Positions 31,117-45,612 of a DNA stretch of 64,000 nt are shown piece by piece. The notes below the pieces were generated by a model. It ran no database searches, was not told the origin of the DNA, and saw nothing but the letters and a program-made list of their open reading frames with translations. The DNA is from the human T2T-CHM13v2.0 reference genome, Homo sapiens. Both the position numbers and the translations under genes were made by a program. The stretch's first letter is position 1; every line of letters begins with the position of its first letter. Location: NCBI RefSeq assembly GCF_009914755.1, contig NC_060931.1, one strand, 5' to 3'.

Positions 31117-32126
31117 GTATTTTTTATGTTCTTCATCTCCTAAGAAGTGGTCCCTCTCATAGTCACAGGAGTGGATACCTGACCTAAGCTCATACAACTC
31201 AGAATGGGTAGAGCTGAGACTTGGGCCTAAGTCTGGCTGTAAATTCCATGTTTTTCCACGAATTGTTTTCCAATGATGAGACGAAATTCAGGGGAAAGAA
31301 TCTGGGCCTCTGAGAAAGCTACTCTTCTGCACTTATAGCCTCTCCAGAGTAGTTTTCTGATCAAATTTTAAAGTGTTCTGGGAGGCTTCAGGAAAGTAGC
31401 TCATCCGTGAGAAAGAAAGAAAATAACCTGGCAGAAGCTGGTTACCTTCTGAAATCCCAACTCCTGAGCGGGGAGTTCTTGCTTGTAAGATCGCTTTCTG
31501 AATGTCCTCATGGTTGACTTAACATCAGCTGAGTCTTCTATGAAATGTCTATTTAACGTGACTAGAAATGCATGCCAAGAGATTAACGCTGAGCGGGGCC
31601 AAGTCCCAGCTGAAAACGGGTGTAAGACGCAGGGGACCCAAGATTTTCTGCCTGATGATACTTACTTTTCTTTCAAACATGAAATAAAACATACCCCCCA
31701 CAGGGGATCCACCCTTCTTTTGCTCCCCCATCTAATTAGAAAGATTGACTTGTCTAATGATATAAATTGGCCAGTATCTTCTTTATATGGATTATCTTTA
31801 TAATTTTTCCCTTGAGTTAAAATAAATGTATGATGTGTTGATATAAATTGGAGTGGGAAATTGGAGAGATGAGGAAGATGGAGAGAGTTATGAGTAGATA
31901 TCTATCTAAGTTACTTATTTCCCCCTCCAGGCCCAGTTGGCTGTTCCTCCTCTGTGCTGCCATGCTCCCCTGCACACTCCTCTGTGGGGTGCTTGTGACC
32001 ATGTGCTGTTCACTGACTCGTCCCTCTCCGTCACTGTACTGAGCTCTTGGATGGATGAGCTGGATTTCATCTCTGAGTTCTCAGTGCCTAGCATAAGGCC
32101 TGATGCTGAATGAGTATTCATTCAGA

Positions 32127-32138
32127 GTGTGTATGTGC

Positions 32139-32169
<31 letters not shown>
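32127..32169. repeat. Compound (TG)n(GA)n microsatellite
   Basis: Read directly from the sequence. Confidence 0.85.
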
Positions 32170-32268
32170 GAAGAAGGAGAGGGAGAATGGGGGGTGGAAG
32201 TGAAGGGGAAAAGAGAAAAGTAAAAAGGGGAAAAGGGAGAAGAAAAGAAGTAAAAAATGAAGGAACGA

Positions 32269-32586
<318 letters not shown>

Positions 32587-32609
32587 TCAGCACTTCATTC
32601 CTTACCTGA

Positions 32610-34415
32610 CTCCTGTAGATTTCTCTAATAAGAGGCCCATTCATGGTGCTTTGGATCTCTGGGAATAAGTTTTAACTCACATATTACTCTATACCACAGC
32701 CCTCGACATATCTGAATATTCCTCTGTCTCCAGTGATGGTTACTCATGTAGATGGCTGTAGGGGAAAAATCGGGGAACTGCTACTAGACATACTTGTCAT
32801 GGTGTCGCAGGGCCCTACCTCTGGTGCCTCAGATTCCTTTTCGTTTGATAGATCGTGGGTCTGTGGACTAGCTCAAATCTGGAGATTTGGCAAAGGATCC
32901 TGACTTTCCAGTGGGGTGACTGTCCTTAGCCTTTTTCTTCTACATTCTTGATCTCTTTCAGTTATGTATATTCAGCAGAACTCTTGTTAGCTGCCCACAC
33001 AGCCTGCCTCAAGAACACTATGTTCTGTGAGCCATCTCCAAAGATCCCTGCAATTCAGCCTGCTCCTATCTACCAGTTCAACCTTTCTGCCCAATAGGGT
33101 AAGTCCACCCGCTTTGCATCTGACAGTTAAGCACTGCCACCTGGCCTCTGCTGTTCTAGTTATCCATGTCCCCTTGCTACTAGAGAACTCAGTTCTGTAA
33201 CAGCAGCTCCTAACATAATCCACCCCAGCTAATACTTTCTTTTACAGCACATTCTTTTTAATCATCTTGCTAGGCAGAGTGTCCTCCAGGTCTCCTTGGG
33301 AACATGATCAGCCGATAGGCTTTTCGGTCTTACATAGTAGATCCATTATAGCATTTCCACTCTTCTAAGCCTTTTGATCCTTTCCTTTATCGTCTTCCAA
33401 GGCAATTTTTGGCATCTCCGCTTAATTTAATGAAGGATGTTACTTTTTCCAAGCTTCCATGAGTCAGCAAATAGCATATATTTGACTCATTTTCCAAGCT
33501 CCTTGCCAGCGTATTAAATCCTGCATGATGGGAGAGTGGCTTCATGTTAACAAACTCTTCCTTATCCAGCTTTATCTTCCAGTCACCCCCTGGATCCACT
33601 GGCCTCTGGATCCACCCACAGGCATCTCTCCTAGTACCTGCTAGTGCACATTGGCCCATTCTTGCAGGAGCTCTGGGGTACAAAATCTCTTTTCTGTGAG
33701 CAGCCTCAGATCTTCCCCAGCTTATGTTGATATTTAACCCTGTGTATGAATCGGGTAGAAGGAGAAGAGGAGGGAGCAGTTTCTGAGGAAGACAAGCATC
33801 GTCTCGTAAGGCACCAACTTTATTTGAACTCTTTGCATATTCCTAAAGTAAGAGAGGGTGCCATATCTTCCAATAAGGGAATGAGATATTTCTGCAGCCC
33901 AAGGGAGTTCAGAGAAATCTGGGTGTTCAAAGTTCTCAACTGCATTTATCTAGAAATCTTTACACCAAGACTGAGTCCCACTCATTCCCTATCATGAGCC
34001 AGTCTTTGCTACAGGAGATTTGGTTAGACTGAATGAATCTTCTTTGAAATTCTGTTACTTTTACAGTTCAATTCTGAGTCTTCTCTTCACTTTGTCAGCC
34101 CTTTGACTGCAGGGAGTGTCTCTTTAATTGCTGCCAAAGAAGCTTTCTGACTCTCATACCTTTAAGTAGAGCTGAGCGTGTCATTTTCTCTCCTCAACAA
34201 TGTTGGGGCACTTAGCAAACATTGACTGAATTCCACAGTCCTTATAGTTACTGTTTTCCTTGAACCTTTCAAATACTGGTGCAAAGAGGAGAAAATCTTA
34301 ACAACTGCATTCACTCCATCATCTCATTGCTCTGGGGTCTATCAGTACCTCCGCTGATGCAGTTCTCTCTGACATCTGCCAGCAAGTGACCCACCTCCAG
34401 ATTGTCTGCTTTTAG
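32610..34415 (-). mobile_element. ERVL (HERV16/ERV3-16-like) internal gag remnant
   Basis: Minus-strand peptides KIKLDKEEFVNMKPLSHHAGFNTLAR and LNCRDLWRWLTEH resemble ERVL gag; frames are broken. Confidence 0.75.
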
Positions 34416-34419
34416 AACC

Positions 34420-34830
34420 ACTTCCAAGAGACTTGGATTGGGCTCCCTAGGAGCGGAGCCTGAGACAGGGATTCCTGTGGAAGTGACATATGGTAGAAAT
34501 GCTGTCTGGGAAAAGGGAGGAAGGCAAGCAGGATAAGCCAAGGGCAGAGAGCTAACCCGGGATATGGTTTCAGCCACATCCCATAGGACCTCCATAGAGG
34601 TGATCTTGTGATGAAACCAGTGGAATGGCTTTTTGTATCTCTCTGTCAGGCAGTCTGCCTCGGGCTGTGGGGATTTTTTGGGGAGGGGTAGAGTATAAAT
34701 TTGCATGAGGTGGTTTCTGTTCAGCCTACTGTGATTCCCTGAAGGGGAGGTTGTAAGCATTTTTAGAAGACAATTCTCACAGTAGCAGGGGGGTGGGTGT
34801 TAGAGTGTGAGTGTGGGGCAGAGAAGCATC
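34420..34830 (-). mobile_element. LTR16-like 5' LTR of the ERVL remnant
   Basis: 'gggctccctaggagcggagcctgagacagggattcctgtggaagtga' LTR16-type end next to the internal leader. Confidence 0.6.
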
Positions 34831-35768
34831 AACAGCTCCCAATTCCATGACATGTTCCAAAAAGTCACCTAAGAGAAGACAGAACTTTTTGATATTTAGG
34901 GAGAGAAAAGTCTAATACACAAACGGATTTGGCTTAAGCAACTGGACAGAAGATCCCAACATCAAGGAAATGTCAAAGCTATAGATAAATTGTGTGTTTG
35001 CATGTATAGGGTTAGATCCCTGGTTAATTCTCATTAAATTATAAGTTTTTGTTGTCCTCAGGACTGCTGCTAACATCCCATTCTCAAAAAGTGAACAGGA
35101 GGCAAAAATAAAAGTTAAAGAAAAAAGCTTTATCCCCTTTACCCTAATTCTGGAAAAGAGCATCCAAGTATTTATGTAATGGTGAAGAAGAGAAAACAAA
35201 TTTAAAATCTGGTCATTTCTCTAAGAATGGTATTTAGTGTTAACCATATGAAAGAAATTGCCAGTAAATCTAGGGAAAAAGGGTATATGTATGTATGTAT
35301 GGGTGATTTTGTGGAAAACTGTTCAAAACAGTTTTGAACCGTGCAGGTTCATGGCCTTCAGAACAATAAAAAATAAATTCAGGAGAAAAAGTTGCAAACA
35401 AATTGTTTTACCAAGACCACATGGTCCAGGCATACTGGAAATAATGACCAAGAGATGAAGAATTATCCCTCATACAAATATCTATCTGGTTAGGCCAAAG
35501 AGAGAACAACATCAAAAACAGCTGTGATAACACTGTGAAGATTTCAAAATATCTCACAAATTTAAAGTATTCTACTGGTTATTGTTTCTGTGTTAAACCC
35601 AATGTGTATACCCAATCTAAATACCCTGAGCCCAAGATAACAGCAATGCATGACTAAAGGAATGTGTAGCATATGGTTCACTAAAGACCACCAAACATCT
35701 CGACCTCCCAACCAGATTAACTGAACCCCTCAGACTTCAAGCTCAACCGAAGAAGAGGTTTGTTCATG

Positions 35769-36193
35769 TCCAGATTTTAAGTGTTTTTCTTAAATAACTG
35801 TTTTCACAATTATCCTTGTTTATCTGGCCAGACAGTCTGCAGAGCTTCCCTGTCAATCATAGTTGCTTTAAATCTGCTCACCAATAGTTACAATGTCTGG
35901 ATCAGCTCTGCATTGAGTTCTGTTGTTTTTTTCTCTTGAGAATGAATTGTTTCCTTGTCTCAAATTTTTTTAAAAAAGGCTGTAAATTGTATGTAGAACA
36001 GCTGAAAAACAATCCATTTTCAAGAGTAAAAAACAATGGAACTCAATGCAGAGCTGATCCAGACATTGGAATGATCGGTGAGTAGCTTTAACACAACTAT
36101 GATTGACAAGGAAGCTCTGCAGACTGCCAGGCCAGTTAAACAAGCATAATTGGTGAAAAAAAGCATTTAAGAAAAGCACTTCAAGTCTCTGGA
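35769..36193. repeat. Long imperfect inverted repeat (~185-bp arms, ~54-bp spacer)
   Basis: 35891-35920 is the exact reverse complement of 36039-36068, and the homology extends across both arms. Confidence 0.92.
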
Positions 36194-39100
36194 AATTGTA
36201 CTGAGAGCATACAGCAAACAAAGAAAACATTTACTTAAGAAAATCTATCAAAGCTTGGTCAGAAGAGTGAGAGTCTATGATATTTGAACTACAACCCACT
36301 ACCTTCCTCCCACCTCCCAGCTCATTACGATAGGAAATCCACTCCAGGCACGTGCAGCCAAGAGCACTGGGCTTCTTTACTATCAGCTCCCAGTCAAGGG
36401 CTCTGGTATCTTCCCAGAAGGGGTAGGTAGCCAAGCATTGCTCATCCCTCTCTTTTCCATGTACACATTGCAGAAATTAATTTCCAGGAGAGGAAAGACG
36501 AGAGGTCAGAGACTTCCTGCTATTACCCAGTCCTCACTCATAGGGCAGGGGACCTGGCTCGAGAGAAGCATGCTGAGGATGCTAGGATCCCACTCATCCT
36601 CACTCACAGAGTAGAAGCTCTACACCAGAAAAGGCAAAGCAGGAAGTGCAAAGCTGCTACCCCTGTCTGCCACCCTGAAACTAAAGCAGAGTTGTCACTT
36701 AGTGAGAGCTGCACCACCATCCTCACCCCCAGCTCAAGAGCTATGGCTCAGATATTTTGCTCAGGGGAAGAGCCAGGCCATAAAACAGAAAGCTCTGAAA
36801 GAATTCACTTTGTTTGAAAGAGAGGGTAGGAAAGTTCAAGTCCAACGAAACTCTCAAAAACAATGAAGGTTTTAGTGGAAGGCAAAGAAGAAGGCTGATA
36901 CATTCATGAGAGGTAAGAAATAAATTATAGACCAGATAGATTAACTGGGAGACCCTGAGAAAGAGAGAGCTAAGAAATCTGACCTCAAAGCCACTGCTAT
37001 AAAGGAATCCAAACTTAATTGTATCAGACTATGGAACAATTTACAACCCAGGCATTATCAAAAATAATAGGACCATCAGCTGGCAATTAGTGGAGCCTAA
37101 CAATTGTGTGTGATCAGTGTGACAGTCAAAGAATCCCTATTAAAATCACTATTACTTCAGGATCTGCATACATAACCAAGACTGCACCCTCTAAGAGCAA
37201 TGCTAGAGAGTACACACAGCCAGGGAAATAGTCATGTATCACTTAATGGCGGGAATACATTTTGAGAAATGCATTGTTTAGTGATTTTGTCATTGTATGA
37301 AAATCATGAAATGTACTTCAACAAACCTAGATGGTACAGGCTAGATGGTATAGCCTAGTGCTCTTAGGCTACAAACCTGTACAGCATATTACTATACTGA
37401 ATACTCTAGGCAATTGTGACAGTGGCAAGCATTTCTGTATCTCAACATAGAAAATATATGTTAAAAATACAGTATAAAAGATAAAAAATAGTACACTTAC
37501 CATAAACAGAGCGTGCAGGACTAGAAGCTGTTCTGGGTGAGTCAGTGAGAAATGATAGGTAAATGTGTTGACCTGGGGCATTGCTGTACACTGCCTGCTG
37601 TAGACTTCATAAACACTGTGCACTTAAACAACACTACAGTTTCTTTCTGAAATAATAAATAAACCTCAGCATATTGTAACTTTTTTACTCTATAAACTTT
37701 TTTTAACTTTTGGACTCTTTTATAATAACACTTAGCTTAAAACACAAACACATTTTACAGCTGTACAAAAATACTTTCTTTCTTTAGATCCTTATTTTAT
37801 AAGCTTTTTTCTATTCTTAATTTATTTTTTACTTTTTAAACTTAAAAAAGAAAAACGAAGACACAAACACACACATTAGCCTAGGCCTACAAATGGTCAT
37901 GATCATCAGTGTCACTGTCTTCTACCTCCACATCTTGTCCCAATGGAAAGTAGTCAGTGGCAATAAAAAGCATAGAGCTGTCATTTCCTATGATAACAGT
38001 GCCTTCTTCTGGCATAACCTCTTGAAGGATCTGTCTGGGACTGTTTTATAGTTAACACCTTTTTTGTAAGTAGAATGAGTATATTTTAAAATAATGATAA
38101 AAAGCATAGTATAGTAAATACATAAATTAGTAAAATTAGTATTATTGCCAAGTATTATGTACTGTGCTATACTTCTAACTCTATGTGCTATACTTTTATA
38201 CAACCACAGCATGGTATGCTTGTTTGTTTATACCAACATCACCACAAACACATGAGAAACGTGATGTGCTATGATGTTACAACAGCTACCATGTCATTAG
38301 GTGATAGGAGTTGTTCAGCTCCATTATAATCTTATAGAACCACCATCTTACATGCAGTCCATCATTGACTGATATATTGTTATATAGTGCATGACTATAA
38401 ACAAATTGATAACCAAATTACAATAATAATCCCCTGGAAGTGAGATAACAGTATCCATAGTGATACAATATAATATCTAAAATGTGTAGTTTTCAACAAA
38501 AAATTACAAGATATGCAAAGAAACAGGAAAGTGTGACTCATACACAGGAGGAAAAGCTAACAATAGAAACTGTATGTGAGAGGGACCAGATGGCATATTT
38601 AACATTTAAATTCAAAGTAGACATTATAAATATGTTCAGAGAATTAAAGGAAATGATTTTATTTAAAAAGTAAAGAAAAGTATGATGATAATGTTTCTCT
38701 GAGTAGAGAATATCAACAAAAATATCAAAATGATAAAAATGGCCACATGGAGATTCTAGAGTCTGAAAGTACAATAAGTAAAAAATTAACCAGAGGAGCA
38801 CAACTGTATTTTGTAACTAATGGAAGAAATAATGATTAAACTTCAAGATAGGTCAATAGAAATCACGCAATCCAAAGATCAGAGACAAAAAAGAAATACA
38901 GAAAAATGAAAAAGTGTCAGAGAAATATGGGATACCACTAAGTGTACCAATATACATGTAATGGAAGTACCAGAAGGATAGGAGAGATACAGAAGAACGT
39001 AAAAAATATTTGAAGAAATCATGGTTGAAAACTTCTCAAATTCGATGAAAAATATTAATCTACTCACCCACAAAGGTCAATAGACTTCTAGTAGAATAAA

Positions 39101-40110
39101 CACAAAGAGATCTACAGTAGACAAATAATAGTAAAATCTCTGAGAAACAAGGAAAAAAATCTTCAAAGCAACAAGAGAAAGTGTCTTCTCACATCTAATG
39201 GAACATCTCACATCTAATGGAATCAGTAAGATTAACAGCTGACTTCTCATCAGAAACAGTTGAGACCAGAAGGGAACAGGATGACATATTCCAAGTGGTG
39301 AAAGAAAAAACAAGGTCAACCACAAATCCTATAGCTGGCAAAATTATCTTTCAAAAATTAAGGCAGAAGAAAGAAATTCTGAGATAAACTAAATGAGAGA
39401 ATTTGTTGCTAGCAGACCAAACTTACAAGAAATACTAAAGGAATTTCTGCAGACTAAAAGCAAGTGACATCAGACAGTGTTTATAATCCACATAAATAAA
39501 ATAAAAAGCATTGATAAAAGTAAGTTTTTATGGTAAGTAATTATAAGGAATATATAGTAAGTAATTATAAAAGAAAGCATAAATGCATGTTTATTCTCTT
39601 CTTTTAACTAGTTTAAAAAAACAGTTACATAAGACAATAAGTATATACCTTATTTGTGAATGGAAAACATAAAGAAATGTAATAGATTTACCAAAAATAG
39701 CACAAAAGAGTTAGCTAGGAGCAGAACAGTTTTGGAGTAATGAAATGAGATCAGATGTAAATGTGAATCTGAGAAACAAATGAAGATAACCAGAAAAAAT
39801 AAATAAGGTTAACATTACAAATGCTAGAAATATGCAAACGTTCTCCTTTCTTCTCCCATCTCCTTTAAAATTATAAGTAACAATTATAACAATATATTGT
39901 TAAGTTTGTAAGTAGGTGAACTATGTATTACAACAATAACAGAACAAAAGGAGGAAAAAGAGAATAGAGCTATATAGGAGTAATGCTCCTATATCTCACT
40001 GGCATTGTTAGTATAAATCTGAAGCCAATCTGATAAGATATATATGTTAAGCTCTAGAGCATTCATTTAAAATACAATTTAAAAATCAACAAAGGATTTA
40101 AAATGTTATA
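36180..40110 (+). mobile_element. Old L1 (L1MC/L1MD-like) 5'UTR and ORF1, interrupted by Tigger3
   Basis: 'tctctggaaattgtactgagagcatacagcaaac' 5'UTR motif; ORF1 motifs (ggagagatac..aaaatatttgaagaaatcatggttgaaaacttc; acagctgacttctcatcagaaac). Confidence 0.75.
37229..38397 (+). mobile_element. Tigger3b-like non-autonomous DNA transposon
   Basis: Terminal inverted repeats tagtcatg...catgacta; 'aaacctagatggta..gcctag..ggctacaaacctgtacagcat'; ~1.17 kb. Confidence 0.88.
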
Positions 40111-40456
40111 CAGTGATCCCTCAGTATCTGTGGGTGCTTGGTTTCAAACCAAGGTTCCAAAAGAGGAACCCCACAGATACAAAAATTCACAGATGCTCAA
40201 GTTCTTTATATAAAATTGTATACTATTTGCATATAACCTACATACATCATCCTGTATACATTAAATCATTTTAGATTACTTATAATACCTAATACAAGGT
40301 AAATAGTTGTTATTCTATATTGTTTAGGAAATCATGATTTTTAAAAAGCATGTACATGTTCAGTACATACACAACCAACCTTTTTTTCCCAAATATTTTT
40401 TATCTGCAGTTGGTTGAATCCAAGATGAAGAATCCATGGATATGAAGGGTTGACTG
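40111..40456 (+). mobile_element. MER2 (Tigger-family MITE)
   Basis: ta|cagtgatccctcagtatctgtggg ... ccatggatatgaagggttgactg inverted termini; ~345 bp. Confidence 0.88.
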
Positions 40457-41495
40457 CCATAGAAAAAATATTCACTTAATGCAAACATAATATGTGTAAT
40501 GAAAACGTTAAATGATGTTGTTGAAAAGGTGGACAACATGCATAAACAAGAAAAGGTTTCTGATAGACAGCTTAAAACTATAAGAAAGAATATAATGGAA
40601 ATGTTATAAATAAAACCACGATATGGGAGATGAGGAATTATTTTCACAGGTTCATTGGTAGATTCAACATAGCTGAAGAAAGAATTAACAAACTTAAAAA
40701 TAGGCCACAGTGTATGCATAGTACAAGTTTCCTAGGTTTCCTACTGCTATGGTTTGCACGTCCCTTTCAAAACTCATGTTGAACTTTGGTGGCCATTGTA
40801 ATAGTGTTGAGAGGTGGAACTTTTAAGAGGTAATTAGGTTATGAGGGTTATGCTCTCAGGGATAAATTAATGTCATTATTGGGGGAGTGGATTCATTTTC
40901 ATGAGCATGAATAAATTCGTGTGAGGGCAAGAGAGTTCAGCCTCTCTTGCTCTCTCTCCCTCTTGCATTTCTGCCTTCCACCATGGAATGACACAGCATG
41001 CAGGCCCTTGGCAATGCCAGCACCATGCCTTTGAACTTCTCAGCCTCTGAAATCATGAGCCAAATAAACTTCTTTTCTTTATAAATTACTTAGCCTGTGC
41101 TAGTCTAACAACAAAAAACAGATTAAGATAGAAAATGTGCACCAAGAGTGGGGCTTTTGCTATAACAAATACCTGAATATGTGGAAGTGGCTTTTAGCTG
41201 GGTAATGAGCAGAGGTTGGAGGAATTTAGAAGAGCAGGCTAGAAGAATCCTAGACTACCATAAATTGAACACTAAGGGAAATTCTGGTAAGAACTCAGAA
41301 GAAAAGAAGAAATGTAGAAAAATCTGAAACTTTTAAAAGATTACTTAGGTGGTCGTGATAAGAATATTGATAGAAATATGAAAAGTAATGGCCATTTTGA
41401 TGAAAGCTGAGACAGAAAAGAGGAATGTCCATCCTTTTTTTAAAGTAAAGGCCATTCTTTTTATGAGGTGGCAAGGAACTTAACTGAATTGTGCC

Positions 41496-41919
41496 TGTGT
41501 TAGTCTGTTCTCACATTACTATAAAGAAATACCTGAGACTGGGACATTTATCAAAAAAAAAGAGGTTTAATTGGCTCATGATTCTATAGGCTGTACAAGA
41601 AGCATAGTGGCTTCTGCTTTTCAGGAGGCCTCTAGAAGCTTCTAATCATGGCTGAAGGCAAAGGAGATGCAGGCTTCTTACATGGCAGGGGCAGGAGCAA
41701 GAGAGAGAAGGGAGGTGCTACACACTTTTTAAATGGCCATGTCTCATGAGAACTCATTCACGATCTATCTCAAGGACAGTGCCAAGGGGAATGGTTCTAA
41801 ACCATTCATGAGAAATTTGCACCCATGGTTCAATCACTTCCCACCAGGCCCCACCTCCAATACTGGGGATTACAATTAGACATAAGGTTTGGGCAGGGAC
41901 ACAGATTAAAATTACATCT
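41496..41919 (-). mobile_element. MSTA-like solo LTR nested in the MST internal region
   Basis: tgtgttagtctgttctcacatt start; 5-bp TSD gtgcc/gtgtc. Confidence 0.88.
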
Positions 41920-43040
41920 GTGTCCATGCCCATGGGTTTTATGGAAGGTAGAATTTAAGAGTGATGAATAAGACTATCTGGTGGAAGAAATTTCTAAGCA
42001 AAATATTGAAGGATCTGCAAGGCTACTTTTAACCATATGCAGTAAAATGTAAGAGAAAAGAAATAAAGATGAAATCTATAACCAAAAAAAAAAAGCAGAA
42101 TGAAAAGATTTTGAAAATTTTCAGCCTGCCCACATAAAGAATGAAAATGTGTGTTTAAGAGAACAGACCAAGGGTGTGACCAAGTGACCATTTGCTAATG
42201 AGATTAGTATAAATAGAAGGGCTCATCAAGACAATGGGCATTTCAGAGATCTTTGAGGCTGCTCATCCCATTACAGGCCTAGAGATCTAGGAGGGCAGAA
42301 TAGCTTTGGGGAATGGGCACAGGGTACGCTTCACAGGCCACCTGGAGTTGCTGCTCCCTGCATTCCTGGACAGTGTTCTTTGGCTGCTCATGGTGTGGTT
42401 CAAGTAACCCCAGGTGTGGCTTGACCTACCACTCTGGAAGGAAGGTACAAATGGTAGACTTTGGTGGCATCCATTTGGTGTTAATTCTACAGGCATGCAC
42501 AGTGGAAGAGCTACAGAGGCATGACTTCCTCTACCTAGATTTCAAAGGATGCCATGTGAAGCCTGTGGGCTCAGGCAGAAACTTGCTGCAGGAGCAGAGT
42601 CACCACAGAAAGTCTTCACCAGGGGATGCCTAGTGAAGCCATGGGAGCAGAAATGCCCCTGACACTCAAGAACTGCAGAGCTACTAGTGTGCAATGCCAG
42701 CCTGGGAGAACTGCAGGCACTAGACTCTAACCTGTGAGAGCTGCTGAGAGGACTGACCACAGCAAAGGCTTGAGGGCTCAACCCCAACCCCAGCATGCCC
42801 AGGATGTGGGACATGGAGTCAAAGGAGATTATTTTCCAGCTTAAAGACTTAATGTTGTTTTCCCTATTGGGTTTTAGACTTACTTGGGACCAGTCAACTC
42901 TTTTTTCTTGCCTATTTCTTTCTTTTGGAATGGAAATGTCTATTCTATGCCTGTCTTACATCATATTTTAGAAAGATGTAACATTAATTCACAAGCTCAC
43001 AGATGAAGAGAAATTTTCCTTGGGGTAAATCGTGCCTTGA

Positions 43041-43393
<353 letters not shown>

Positions 43394-45612
43394 GTCTTTG
43401 GACTTTTGAGTTGATGCTGGAATCAGTTAAGACATTTAGCAGCTATGGGGAAGGGATGAATGTATTTTGTATGTGAGAAGGACACTACTTTTGGAGAATG
43501 AGGGGTGAAGTGCTGTGACATGAACGTCCCCTCCAAAACTCATGTTGAAATTTAATTACCATTGTGACATTGTTGAGAGGTAAGACCTTTAAGAGGCGAT
43601 TAAGTCATGAGGGATATCCCCTCATGAATGAATTAGTGTTGTTTTCACAGGAGTGAGTTTGTTATTCTGAGAGTGGATTTGTTATGAAAATGAGTTTGGC
43701 CCTCTCTTGCCCTCTCACTCTGGCCCTCTCTTGCCCTTCCACCTTCTGCCATAGGATGACACAGCACCAAGGCCCTTGTCAGATGCCGGTGTTATGCTCT
43801 TGAATCATAAGCCAAATAAATTTTCAGTGTCCAGAATCATAAGCCAAGTATGTTTATTTTCTTTGCAAATAATCCAGGCTGGTATTATTTATATTCTGTT
43901 ATAGCAATGCAAAATGGACTACCACTATCTTATTATGACTATACTAGAACCTAATTATAGACATCTACTATCTAATTATTTGGATCTTATATCTTATATT
44001 TCTACCAGAAGTTGGTTTTTTAAAAACCCTATTCGCCAGCATTCAGATCAATACTTAGTATTCTCAGAGTTTTATGTTTTTCCAATCTGATGGATGTGAT
44101 ACAGTGGATGGCTAAGTAAACTTTGGCAAGTTATTTAAATTCTCTGAGCTTCTATTGTCTCATCTCTTAAAGGATACTTCTCTGGATTAATGAATTAGAA
44201 AAAAGGTATTCTTTCTGGTCAGAACAGATCCTCATTTACTGGGCTTGGAAACCATGGGCACCTTTGTTTAAGCAAAAGTCTCCCCTTTCTCCAGCCAATG
44301 CAGTGCCACCAGAGTCCATTGGTTGGCTTGCAGAGCATGGGCTGGCTGAATTTAAAGCTCATTCCCCACCTTGTCTGGTACTTTAATGCAATGCAAACTA
44401 CCCAAACATACATGACGGTTATCACTCCTCACAGGACAAGACAACCTGGCATCCTCACACAGTACTCTTCAAAATTCTCAGTAGCCTCATCATCCCACTG
44501 CTGAACAGCTCAATTTTCTCACTTACTTTAGGGCTGGTAGAATCTGCTGATTGTTGTTGTTTAGGTAAACTTCTTCCTTATAAGGACTTCTTCCAATATT
44601 ATGTGAAATTCCAACAGTTACACTACCAAACAGCCAATCCCTATAATTTCTAGAAAGCCGGGAGTCAAAAGAATGGCCTCTTATTTTTAAAAAATTCTGC
44701 CCACAGAGAAGATACACATGATGGTACTGAGACTGTTGGATTTGAGAGACGGAGAATCAAAAGACATTATAAAGTTTGAAGTCTAGATCTGGATACAGTC
44801 TGAACAGACATAGTTGTGTTTAACAGCCATAAAATACAGGATGCTCTCTAGAATTAGTCATTTAGTTCTTATTTGCCCCTGTCCCTATACTCACCACAAA
44901 GAAGGGCAGTGAAAGGAATATGCTGAAGCTTAACAAAAATAAATTTTCCTCCATTTTTATCCTCAAATATTTTTATCTTCTTTACACCACAAATATCTCC
45001 TGAATGAGAAGCATTCCAATCCTCATATCGCCATTCTAGACTGGTTCTGTGACAAAACGTAAACAGTGTTACACTTCCTTTCCAGTATCAATGGGGCAGA
45101 GAGAAAGAGCTTTAGGATATCTAAAATGCATATGGCCATCTTGCCAAAAAATTGCACAAAAATATAGGGAAGAACTTAGCAACAGGTGATGAAGGACCAA
45201 AGTGAGCATCTCTACCTTTCTACTCTGATTAGGACACCTTTCTCAGTACACCTCCCTCCACACTTCCTCCCTTCCCCAGAAAATACATTTTCAGAGATGG
45301 ACTATGAGGAAATGAGTTGGGCTAATAGAATTCTTACAAAAATGTCTGCATTTCCTTTCTCTAGTCCCCCCCAAATCACAAGAATATGTTCAACAGTGGA
45401 AACAGGCAGGAACTAAGGCTATGAGAGTCTCCTGGACAGACAATGGATTTCATTATTACCAGCCTAATCTACTTCCATGGTGTGATGGCGAATTGTACAC
45501 ACTCTTTGACTTTTGTAATGAGAGGATAAGAGAAAAGAGGAGTTAGAATTTTCTAGGTGACTTAATAATTAACCCTGAGGCTTGGACCACCTAAAACTGA
45601 CTTACAGAACAG

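Noticed and set aside
44470-44530. Plus-strand peptide LSSLIIPLLNSSIFSL resembling the OR TM7 motif
   Set aside because: I could find no other OR motifs in the upstream frame, so it is probably chance. A tBLASTn with OR proteins would settle it.
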